This document shows positions 8,391 through 16,134 of a stretch of 64,000 nt of DNA, in pieces (position 1 is the stretch's first letter; each line of letters begins with the position of its first letter). Location of the stretch: positions 1 through 64,000 of IMG/VR virus record IMGVR_UViG_3300030095_006531; one strand, given 5' to 3'. A model generated the notes under the pieces. The model saw nothing but the letters and a program-made list of their open reading frames with translations, made no database searches and was not told where the DNA came from. This DNA is from a virus (lineage: Duplodnaviria; Caudoviricetes). Both the position numbers and the translations under genes were made by a program.

Positions 8391-10298
8391 TCACCACTTA
8401 CGACAAGACCAATATCTAGCTTTTGTTTTTGGCCCAGGATTTTTGCAATTATGTCTGGCTCTGAAAGATTTACGACGTTTCGGGTTGGATTTTTTGATTC
8501 TCATATTGGGGTCGCCATAGTTTACTTTCTTAACGTTTCCGGTCTTAGGATCCTTAACAAAGACTTTAAATTTTTTAACATCACCGCGCATTGGTTTGTT
8601 GAGTTTAACCTTTCGACCGCGATATTCTGCCTCTTCCAAAACGTCATCCCAAAACTCCACATCCTCGGCGATAGTTCCGTCGTCATAAGTTGCATCGGTA
8701 ATGTGGTAATAAGTTTCTGTAATATTCTCCACTTCTTCCGCAATAATGTTGTTTAAAAAATCGTTTGTTAATCTCATATCAAACCCCTCACTTTTTTTAC
8801 CCCATTTTTTGCCCTTACCTCTTGTACCACAAGAAGCGGGTGTGGGGCGACACGCCGGGTATTTTGAGCGTTTTTCCCCTTTTTGTCTGCCACAGGATTT
8901 ACATTTTTTCTTACCTGTTTTCTTATCTTTACGACATGTGTTGCAATCTACCCACCCTTTGGACTTGCCTTTTCCACCTTGTCGCTGGAACCAACCATGA
9001 AGACCAGATTTTTTTTCCTTAGAGTAATCCGTTTTGGCAGCTTTCTTTTTCTCTTCAAGTTCTTGTTCAGTCTGTAGCAAGGCTTTCATTCCACGTTTAC
9101 GACTAGCAGCATTAGAATTTACAACCTCATCTCCATATGTGTCTCTCACATCATCAGTTTCTTTCACAAGTTTATCTATTTGGTCAACCTGTTTTTTGTG
9201 CAACTCTGAAGAGTCGGTTGACATTTGAGCAACTTTTGCATGTTTTTTAGCAGAAGACTTTAGTTGTGATTTGATCTTCTTGAGTGTCTCAACTTCTGAG
9301 TCTGTTAGGTCCAACCCTTCCTTGACACCTTTCCAAATTTTCCCTTGTCGGCACTTGACAACTGCACCGGAAGCATATGCTGATGGCCAAACATCGTATT
9401 TTCTTTTGGCAATACGAGTACATCTATCCCCAGCAGATTTCTTTTTCTTCTTCTTTTTCTTCTTTTTTTCATCAATCGACATCATAGCATCATACGAATC
9501 CCTTTTTAAATCAGCCAACTTAGTTAAGTAGCCCGTGTTTCTCAGTGTCTTAAAGGCCAAATTTTCTACAGAATATTCACCGTTTGTTTCAAGACCAGAC
9601 TTTCTCAGTTTTTTAAGCTTATCTCTCAAGGATATGGAGCGGTCGTAGGCGGCTTCGTATTCACCTTCTTCACTTAACTTAATGGCTTCATCAATTTGCG
9701 CCATCAATGAGTCGGCTTTTATCGCTACGCTGTCCTCATCAATATCTGATTCTGTTTTTTCCGGTTCTTTTTTCCACTGATCATTCATAACAGAATAAAC
9801 ACCACTTGATGTGTGTGGCTCCTTGTCGTCTTGAACATATACTTCAACCTCAAAACCTTTTATTTTGATGTCGTGCATAGAGTTCCACAATGATTTGACT
9901 GCGTTGAAGTATCCCCTCACCAATTCTTCATTCGAGTTTACTTCCTTAAAATCAATCAAGATGTGAAGATCAATATCGGATAAGTCTGTGTAGTTGTAAT
10001 TGGCCAAGGAGCCTGTGAATGTGATGTCTTTTATTTCGGCGTCAGATCCCAATGTGGGTTTGATAAACTTTTCAGCAATATCAATTAATCTGTCTCTTAT
10101 TTCACTTTTTAGTTTTTTGCTCTCATCCCACAGTTGTGGATTTAGCTCTTCTCTTGGCTTTAAGAGTGTGGGAATCTTTATAGCGACCTCCTCTTGTATG
10201 AGGTCGTTTAACCTAGTCATAAAAATATTTGTAGTTTTTGATCCGCCCACAACTTGCTCCAACTCTTCCTCACTCAGTTCGCCGTCTATCCTTGGCAT
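8391..10298 (-). CDS. Pol-beta-superfamily nucleotidyltransferase fused to basic Cys-rich modules
   Basis: TGSLANYNY..SDIDLH (GS..DxD) and EVYVQ; C-terminal K/R-rich modules; GGAG RBS. Confidence 0.75.
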   Translation of the reverse strand: MPRIDGELSEEELEQVVGGSKTTNIFMTRLNDLIQEEVAIKIPTLLKPREELNPQLWDESKKLKSEIRDRLIDIAEKFIKPTLGSDAEIKDITFTGSLANYNYTDLSDIDLHILIDFKEVNSNEELVRGYFNAVKSLWNSMHDIKIKGFEVEVYVQDDKEPHTSSGVYSVMNDQWKKEPEKTESDIDEDSVAIKADSLMAQIDEAIKLSEEGEYEAAYDRSISLRDKLKKLRKSGLETNGEYSVENLAFKTLRNTGYLTKLADLKRDSYDAMMSIDEKKKKKKKKKKSAGDRCTRIAKRKYDVWPSAYASGAVVKCRQGKIWKGVKEGLDLTDSEVETLKKIKSQLKSSAKKHAKVAQMSTDSSELHKKQVDQIDKLVKETDDVRDTYGDEVVNSNAASRKRGMKALLQTEQELEEKKKAAKTDYSKEKKSGLHGWFQRQGGKGKSKGWVDCNTCRKDKKTGKKKCKSCGRQKGEKRSKYPACRPTPASCGTRGKGKKWGKKSEGFDMRLTNDFLNNIIAEEVENITETYYHITDATYDDGTIAEDVEFWDDVLEEAEYRGRKVKLNKPMRGDVKKFKVFVKDPKTGNVKKVNYGDPNMRIKKSNPKRRKSFRARHNCKNPGPKTKARYWSCRKW

Positions 10299-10482
10299 AC
10301 TTGCTCCACTTATTAATTAGTTCACAAGTGTTATTAAGGTCTACACTTTTTGGCACTTCACATACAGGAAATAATCCATGTAAAATCAAGACCAGTCCTC
10401 GTATAAAAAGTTGTATACCCATTGCAGAAGCAAACTTAAGGTGGCTGAAATAAGTCTCATTATTCTCTCTCAGGTGTTTCAT
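10270..10482 (-). CDS. Small hypothetical protein
   Basis: ETYFSHLKFA...LILHGLFP; overlaps neighbours operon-style. Confidence 0.6.
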   Translation of the reverse strand: MKHLRENNETYFSHLKFASAMGIQLFIRGLVLILHGLFPVCEVPKSVDLNNTCELINKWSKYAKDRRRTE

Positions 10483-11092
10483 CTTTAACCAATTCCTTAT
10501 TAATTATTTTATAACCTTTTACCACACCAAGGTTTACATGATCAAAGTCATCAAGAATAACCATTTTTTGTGGACAATTTGTTTTTTCATTCATATAAAA
10601 GCACGAGATTTGCCCAACAACTTCTGTGAACATTGCTGGAACAGCATCTGGTGGGATCATTTTAACATGAGTATTGTATGCTTTTAACTCTCCCAGGTAA
10701 GAAAAAGGAACTTTTTTTTGAACGTGACCACCAAAGTCGTGAACAGTTCTGAATTTTGCATTCGTTTCTGCATCAAAGATTGGATGTTCCGCATCTGCTG
10801 TTGAGATTAAGAGAACACCTTCGTCTTTGACTCTCTGAATCATTTCTTTGGAAGATTTGTAAGGATGATAGTCAACAAACTCTACGTCCACCACTCCCAC
10901 AATCCTCTCAAAGAATTTATTAACCCAAGCCGCCAACGCTTCGTAACTTGCAACCGCTTCTGGTTGTTCGTCTGGTGCATCCATATAGGCTTGGCCCACA
11001 AGTTGCATGTATTTATCCCAACCATTTTCGCCTGGTTTCAAAACCAACTTCTCGTTGAGAAAATTTCTCCATTGTTCCATTAATAGTTTCAT
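10460..11092 (-). CDS. Hypothetical protein with leader, possible metal-binding HDxxxH..E
   Basis: MKLLMEQWRNFLNE start at 11092; NAKFRTVHDFGGH...GELKA. Confidence 0.65.
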   Translation of the reverse strand: MKLLMEQWRNFLNEKLVLKPGENGWDKYMQLVGQAYMDAPDEQPEAVASYEALAAWVNKFFERIVGVVDVEFVDYHPYKSSKEMIQRVKDEGVLLISTADAEHPIFDAETNAKFRTVHDFGGHVQKKVPFSYLGELKAYNTHVKMIPPDAVPAMFTEVVGQISCFYMNEKTNCPQKMVILDDFDHVNLGVVKGYKIINKELVKDETPERE

Positions 11093-11514
11093 ACTCGGTC
11101 TTCCTCTCTCCATTCAAAAATATCTTCGTCCTCATACACTGATCTTAAATAGCCGTGCCAATCTGAACTATACACTAAAGCGTCAAATGTATCGTCGCCT
11201 GACAGCCATTTTTGAAATATACGATGATTGCCGTCTTCAATGATTAATTGTTCTTTGTTAAGATCATACCAAAGAAGAGGAAGACCTTCGGTCATACTTA
11301 GTTCTCCCCTCCTAATGTCTCTCAGTATCGCATCCCCTTGAGATCTTAACATAGTGATCAAGTTCATTGGTATGTTCTTGACAAGAACGGCGTCGTCTTC
11401 ATCGTTGCCCGTCCCTTCATAGATTTCTGGCGGCATCTGAAACACCTTACCAGTGATTGGACTTTTTACACCTTCGGTCAAGAATTTTTTAAATCTCTCC
11501 ATTAAGAGTTTCAC
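11089..11514 (-). CDS. ParB/sulfiredoxin-like domain protein with leader
   Basis: PLL..IIEDGNHRI motif; GTG start MKLLMERFKKFLTE. Confidence 0.6.
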   Translation of the reverse strand: MKLLMERFKKFLTEGVKSPITGKVFQMPPEIYEGTGNDEDDAVLVKNIPMNLITMLRSQGDAILRDIRRGELSMTEGLPLLWYDLNKEQLIIEDGNHRIFQKWLSGDDTFDALVYSSDWHGYLRSVYEDEDIFEWREEDRV

Positions 11515-12020
11515 TCTTCTTCATCCTCCGATGGAACTTCAAACTTAACTACGTTTCCTACTTGCTCAACCTTCGTTCCTGGTGGCATATTCTTTTGGAG
11601 AAATTTCATATAAAGGTTGGTTCGTTTAGTGGGGAGCCACATTGCATCAACAGATCCAGATTTTGGTATGCCTTCAAATACAAATTTAAGATTGCCCTCG
11701 TGATATTCAGGGGTATTAATAAACTCTCTAATTACAGCAACAATTGTTGACATTATTTTTAAAGGTTCGTTTTCGTTCGTCATCTCTGTAGAGCCATCAT
11801 CGCCAACATCAAATACAATATTCCAAGGAAGTTTTCCTTTACCAAGGAGTTTGTCGTTGTCAAACCCAACATAATATTGTAGCCCTGAATCTGTTATGAA
11901 TTCATAAAAGTATTGATCATCGGCAGGAAATGCGTTGTGAAGCTTAAACGGATAAGGATCAATAGAAAGATCACCAATCTCTGCCAAATACTTTTTCCAT
12001 TGTTCCATTAATAGTTTCAT
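11511..12020 (-). CDS. Hypothetical protein with leader
   Basis: MKLLMEQWKKYLAE. Confidence 0.65.
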   Translation of the reverse strand: MKLLMEQWKKYLAEIGDLSIDPYPFKLHNAFPADDQYFYEFITDSGLQYYVGFDNDKLLGKGKLPWNIVFDVGDDGSTEMTNENEPLKIMSTIVAVIREFINTPEYHEGNLKFVFEGIPKSGSVDAMWLPTKRTNLYMKFLQKNMPPGTKVEQVGNVVKFEVPSEDEEE

Positions 12021-12414
12021 TTTATAAAGTTTTAATCCAAGAAGATAGTTCTTCTAATGTTCTTCTAAAGTTTCTAACCCACTCATCTTCGTCTGCTGCC
12101 ATCTCTTTACGATCTATGTATTCCATTTCAAGATCGGCATAATTGTTTTTAAAATAATCATCTGGATTGTTTAATGAGTTAAGAGTTTCTGAATCTTCTG
12201 GTTGAATTCCAATCTCCATGACATACTTCAAGTCACTTCCCTCACTTTCCAAATCATCTTCGAGCCATGACCAATCATCACCTGCTTCATCGACAATTTT
12301 ACGTGCTAAACGCGCAGCCAGATTTCCAGCCAACATATCGTCTGTATAGTCTTCACTTCTCCAGTCGCTACTTTCAGTTAAATACTTTTTCCATTGTTCC
12401 ATTAATAGTTTCAT
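11986..12414. repeat. 35-nt exact direct repeat at two gene starts (11986-12020, 12380-12414); 25-nt third copy at 11068-11092
   Basis: aaatactttttccattgttccattaatagtttcat is identical in both copies by direct comparison. Confidence 0.9.
12022..12414 (-). CDS. Acidic hypothetical protein with leader
   Basis: MKLLMEQWKKYLTE. Confidence 0.65.
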   Translation of the reverse strand: MKLLMEQWKKYLTESSDWRSEDYTDDMLAGNLAARLARKIVDEAGDDWSWLEDDLESEGSDLKYVMEIGIQPEDSETLNSLNNPDDYFKNNYADLEMEYIDRKEMAADEDEWVRNFRRTLEELSSWIKTL

Positions 12415-12737
12415 TAAAATGTCTCCTGTTCTCCATCTTCATAAGTTATAATTGTTTTGTTTGCTGGATGTGGTTGAATGTGAACCTTAATAAAATCATC
12501 CATTGAATCAAACACAGCAATACCACCGCGAGGAGGTGGATACAACCAGTGAATAACCGCTTGTCCTGTTGCTAATTTAACTCCCTCGATCACAACACCC
12601 TCGCCAGAAACACCTGTCTCATCTGTCTGCCTAAATACGGTAAATGAGCGAATTCCACGAGGTGCAAGTTTGGGTAAGGGTTGTGGCTTCAGTTCTTGTA
12701 ACTGCTCTAATTCTTTCTTTTTTGTCGGCAAAATCAA
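12414..12737 (-). CDS. Hypothetical phage protein
   Basis: FTVFRQTDETGVSGEGVVIEGV motif. Confidence 0.65.
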   Translation of the reverse strand: MILPTKKKELEQLQELKPQPLPKLAPRGIRSFTVFRQTDETGVSGEGVVIEGVKLATGQAVIHWLYPPPRGGIAVFDSMDDFIKVHIQPHPANKTIITYEDGEQETF

Positions 12738-13708
12738 CCTCCAGGAGCACCTGGTGGGGCAGAGCCGCGATAGTCAATCGGTGCCTTTTCCTTGAAAGGT
12801 CCACTATCTTGATTGCCTCCGTGCCTCAAAAGTCTTTTCATCTGCTTTATTAAGCGAGGTTTTAATTTTGTTTGGAAGTCTTCTTCGAGTGCTCCCAAAA
12901 ATGCAGACAACTTTTCACCTTCTGTTTCGATACTTGAATCCATATCATCGTCTGTTGCTATGATATGGAAAAAATTATCTCCGAATAATTCTCTATACGG
13001 CTCACGATTTTTACTAACCGCATTCCAAGATCGCTCTACTGATTTGGCATCCAGCGAGCGTCCGCCTCTTTCCAAACGATCTTGCTGGCGAGATAATGTA
13101 GTTTCAAGGGGAATATCAACAAAGATCATCCCAACATCGTACCCAAGCTCTTCCAGCTTATTCTTCTGGTTTCTAATGACCCCAAATTGACCACCAGTCC
13201 CGTCTACAATAAAGCTTTCACCAGCTTCTATTGAGGCTTGTTGTTTTTCTTTAGCGGCTTTTCGGGCTTTGTTAAACAATATAGCCATTTGGCTCATCTT
13301 GCTCCTGGTGAGTTCATAATCTTCCATTGTCTTTTCAAGATTATAGATGAAAGTTTTATCACCATTGGATTCTTGGCTGGCTGAAACATAAAGATCCTGA
13401 AGAACATCATGGCTCCAGCCATCTTCTGGCTCTTGCAATTGCAAAATTTGACTTAACAGTTCTTTTAGTTTTGTTCTGGCATTACTAAAATCATCTTTTA
13501 TTTTTGCTATGTTCTTTCCAAGACCTGACTGATCCAACATTGGTTCATAAAAATCATCGGGATTTATTATGTCCAACGTTTCCAACCCTAACCTATCAAT
13601 TACCGTAGATTTGCCTGCACCTGGTGCTCCTGCCATAAAAATAACTTTAGGTGCTACAGTCTCCTGTTCACCCAGATGCCGACGCCAGCTTTCCATTATG
13701 AGTTTCAT
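12734..13708 (-). CDS. Zeta-toxin-like P-loop kinase with leader
   Basis: FMAGAPGAGKST, INPDD, IVDGT, R..RGGR; MKLIMESWRRHLGE. Confidence 0.7.
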   Translation of the reverse strand: MKLIMESWRRHLGEQETVAPKVIFMAGAPGAGKSTVIDRLGLETLDIINPDDFYEPMLDQSGLGKNIAKIKDDFSNARTKLKELLSQILQLQEPEDGWSHDVLQDLYVSASQESNGDKTFIYNLEKTMEDYELTRSKMSQMAILFNKARKAAKEKQQASIEAGESFIVDGTGGQFGVIRNQKNKLEELGYDVGMIFVDIPLETTLSRQQDRLERGGRSLDAKSVERSWNAVSKNREPYRELFGDNFFHIIATDDDMDSSIETEGEKLSAFLGALEEDFQTKLKPRLIKQMKRLLRHGGNQDSGPFKEKAPIDYRGSAPPGAPGG

Positions 13709-13917
13709 TCGGACAGCTCCTTTATTAATTCTTTCTTTTGCTCTGAAGAGAGGTGACGATTTAAAGACTCTTTAATCACCTGAAATGATGCCTCAATGAT
13801 TTGTTTCCTGTCTATGTCACAATATGGGCAATTCACAAAAACACCTTTCCTTAGACCTTTTAAACACACGGAACAAGCTGCTCTAATGTATAGCTTAGAG
13901 TCAGATTCTTCCCCCAT
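13705..13917 (-). CDS. Small CxxC-CxxC zinc-finger protein
   Basis: CSVC...CPYC. Confidence 0.6.
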   Translation of the reverse strand: MGEESDSKLYIRAACSVCLKGLRKGVFVNCPYCDIDRKQIIEASFQVIKESLNRHLSSEQKKELIKELSE

Positions 13918-13924
13918 TATAATA

Positions 13925-13932
13925 TAAATAGT
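13925..13932 (-). promoter_or_regulatory. ACTATTTA putative late promoter
   Basis: Recurrent intergenic motif; here at the head of the leader-gene array. Confidence 0.6.
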
Positions 13933-13959
13933 TCAAAACAATAAGAGAAACAAAAGAAA

Positions 13960-13991
13960 AAAGGTGACTTGCGAATTCACAAGTCACCTTT
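13960..13991 (-). terminator. Rho-independent terminator after hsp20
   Basis: aaaggtgacttg/caagtcaccttt 12-bp stem followed by a U-run on the - strand. Confidence 0.8.
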
Positions 13992-14018
13992 AGGGGTACA
14001 ACAAAGAAAAAGAAACAA

Positions 14019-14420
14019 TTATTTAATTTGAATTGTTCTTGGTTTTGCTGAATCTGCTTTGGGCAACGTCAGAATCATTACTCCGTTTTTGTATGAAGCA
14101 CTGATTTTTTCCACATCACAATCTACTGGAACTACATAGGATTTTGAATATTTAGTTGCGTAACAATAAGTGTTTTCTTTTTCACTAACGTCGTAACTGA
14201 TTTTAATTTGATTTTGTTCTAACGTGATGTTAAAGTCTTTCTTGTCCAAACCAGGAGCAATTAAAGAGATTTCATACTTATCTTCAAGATTTTTAACAGT
14301 CGGTTTATATAAGTCTTTTGTCTCTCTCGTCCGCACCAAAGGTGGTGCGAAGTCTTCGAAACCAAAAAAGCGATCCAAAAAATCTGAATTAGTATTGTTG
14401 AAAAATGTTAATGATGACAT
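14019..14420 (-). CDS. hsp20: Small heat shock protein (Hsp20/alpha-crystallin)
   Basis: YEISLIAPGLDKKDFNI...ISASYKNGVMILTLPK; start moved to 14420 (GGAGG). Confidence 0.9.
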   Translation of the reverse strand: MSSLTFFNNTNSDFLDRFFGFEDFAPPLVRTRETKDLYKPTVKNLEDKYEISLIAPGLDKKDFNITLEQNQIKISYDVSEKENTYCYATKYSKSYVVPVDCDVEKISASYKNGVMILTLPKADSAKPRTIQIK

Positions 14421-14476
14421 ATCATTTCCTCCGTGTCTATAACTTAAGCACCATAAATTTAGCGTCAAGCCAAAAA

Positions 14477-14767
14477 TTATCCATGAAGAATATTTTTTAC
14501 TTTTTGCCCCAACATATCAGGACTACCAACCACAGTAATCTCACGCCCATTTGTTAATGATAAGCGAGAAAATTGTTGTGCCTGATGTAGACCTTCTGGT
14601 AATTTTCCATTGGCATGTAATCCGGCTACGTTTTCGTCTGGTGTCATCGAAACAATGTGGGCCGAATTTAAAACAACTTCTCTTAAATTATAGTGACCTG
14701 AAGACTCCATGACTTGAACTAATTTAATCATGTGCTTCTGTGGTGTTTTCGGAATTAACATTATCAT
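14477..14767 (-). CDS. Hypothetical protein (weak FlbD-like pattern)
   Basis: VVLNSAHIVSM..LSLTNGREITVVGS. Confidence 0.55.
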   Translation of the reverse strand: MIMLIPKTPQKHMIKLVQVMESSGHYNLREVVLNSAHIVSMTPDENVAGLHANGKLPEGLHQAQQFSRLSLTNGREITVVGSPDMLGQKVKNILHG

Positions 14768-15116
14768 CTCCCACTACACTTAATATATCTCGTGGTGCTA
14801 CTTCTTGGGTTCCTTGAGCAACTTGAGCCACTTGGTTTGCGTCGTGCCCCAAATGAATATCTGCATTTGTTTTTGTGTACCCTGCCAGAATGCTTGAACA
14901 GTCCATCAATCTTAGATCGATTTTCGCCAATTGTTGGCGCAGGGTGTCAATCGTTTTCAGTGCATCTGACACAGCGTTTGTCTTTGATAGGGTGATGGAA
15001 TCCTCTAGGGACTCTTGCACCTCCGTCAACTCTTCTGCCACATTGCTTAGAAGTTGTGATGTGTTGCGCGGGACATCTTCGAGTTCACACGCATAGCTTA
15101 CAATAACTTTAGTCAT
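14724..15116 (-). CDS. Hypothetical coiled-coil protein
   Basis: ORF track, operon packing. Confidence 0.6.
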   Translation of the reverse strand: MTKVIVSYACELEDVPRNTSQLLSNVAEELTEVQESLEDSITLSKTNAVSDALKTIDTLRQQLAKIDLRLMDCSSILAGYTKTNADIHLGHDANQVAQVAQGTQEVAPRDILSVVGDDNVNSENTTEAHD

Positions 15117-15787
15117 GAATTTTCTCCTCTTTTATTTGGTTTCATTAAGTATCTTTCTTCTATAGAAAAAGTATTTGTCTCGCCCATCGGCAAAATTTTA
15201 TATCGCTTTCCTCCAATGACTGCACTTATGATTGGTAAATTATTTTCCAAGACAAAACATACTCTGTTTTTTAAGTGTTTAATGTTGTGGTTTGTCTCAG
15301 TGTTTAAAACGCTCGCACGAACCTGAACCATAGCTCCTATTGGGAATCTGGGTATTGCATATGTTTCATCTAGAACTTTCCGAGCATATTTGTTTTTTGA
15401 CATCTTTTCGTAATCTTTTTGGTTTGGAATGTAGGTTTCTTCTAAAATGCTATTAGCTAATTTTGTAAAATATCCCACGTGCTTATAATAGGCGGCCAAG
15501 ATCTTTGCATCTTTTTGATGATTATCAAGGTATTCTTTTTTCCAAGCACCAAACTTCACCTTTTCTTGCGGAGAGAAGCGACTCTCAATTCTTTCAAGAG
15601 ATTCAACTTGCTTTTCAGAAAGACCACCTTTCTGCTCTAAAAAGTCGTATAGAGAGCTTAAAAATATCTTTGAACTCTTGGAAATATCCTCCTTTAAAAG
15701 TTTCTCTATCCTGTTTTTGAAATTGGGGCTTTCTTTTAAATAGTTGCTATAAGACTGTAGGTATTTATTTGTTTTCCAATAGCTCAT
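15113..15787 (-). CDS. Hypothetical protein
   Basis: 224 aa ORF with its own sigma70-like promoter. Confidence 0.7.
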   Translation of the reverse strand: MSYWKTNKYLQSYSNYLKESPNFKNRIEKLLKEDISKSSKIFLSSLYDFLEQKGGLSEKQVESLERIESRFSPQEKVKFGAWKKEYLDNHQKDAKILAAYYKHVGYFTKLANSILEETYIPNQKDYEKMSKNKYARKVLDETYAIPRFPIGAMVQVRASVLNTETNHNIKHLKNRVCFVLENNLPIISAVIGGKRYKILPMGETNTFSIEERYLMKPNKRGENS

Positions 15788-15793
15788 GTACTA

Positions 15794-15822
15794 ATATTAC
15801 CATAAGAAATAACAGTTGTCAA
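15794..15822 (-). promoter_or_regulatory. sigma70-like promoter, likely leaderless
   Basis: TTGACA-17-TAATAT with TGn; ATG 6 nt downstream. Confidence 0.75.
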
Positions 15823-15830
15823 GGTATAGA

Positions 15831-16112
15831 TTAGCCCATATGAGAAAGAATTGCAGTGGCAATAGCGCCGACGCCCATTGAAAGTAGAAGCCATAAAAAC
15901 TTATTCTTTTGCTTAACATCTTCTTCTAACAATCTTAATCTGGCATACAACCCATTATCTGGATTATACACAGCTTCCTTAATTTTGGAAATATCATTAG
16001 ACATTCTTTCTTGGTTTTCTTTTAAAACCATGAGAGCGTCCATTATTCGATCTTCGAGAAACTCTACACGCGCTGCTAATTGATCAACGTTTTGTTGTTC
16101 TGCTGGTGACAC
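15831..16112 (-). CDS. Coiled-coil protein with C-terminal transmembrane helix
   Basis: Heptad region, then KFLWLLLSMGVGAIATAIL. Confidence 0.6.
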   Translation of the reverse strand: MSPAEQQNVDQLAARVEFLEDRIMDALMVLKENQERMSNDISKIKEAVYNPDNGLYARLRLLEEDVKQKNKFLWLLLSMGVGAIATAILSHMG

Positions 16113-16116
16113 ACTT

Positions 16117-16124
16117 TAAATAGT
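16117..16124 (-). promoter_or_regulatory. ACTATTTA putative late promoter
   Basis: Motif just upstream of GTG 16112. Confidence 0.55.
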
Positions 16125-16134
16125 TTTATGAGTC

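Noticed and set aside
9440-9470. Low-complexity A-rich tract encoding K9
   Set aside because: In frame with mixed AAA/AAG codons; no sign of frameshift or assembly error
1550-15744. ACTATTTA copies inside coding regions (1550, 7786, 15737)
   Set aside because: A few chance hits are expected in AT-rich DNA; 7786 could be a real internal promoter but is unsupported
15831-16112. Holin call for the TM protein
   Set aside because: Only one C-terminal TM helix and not adjacent to the amidase; left as hypothetical
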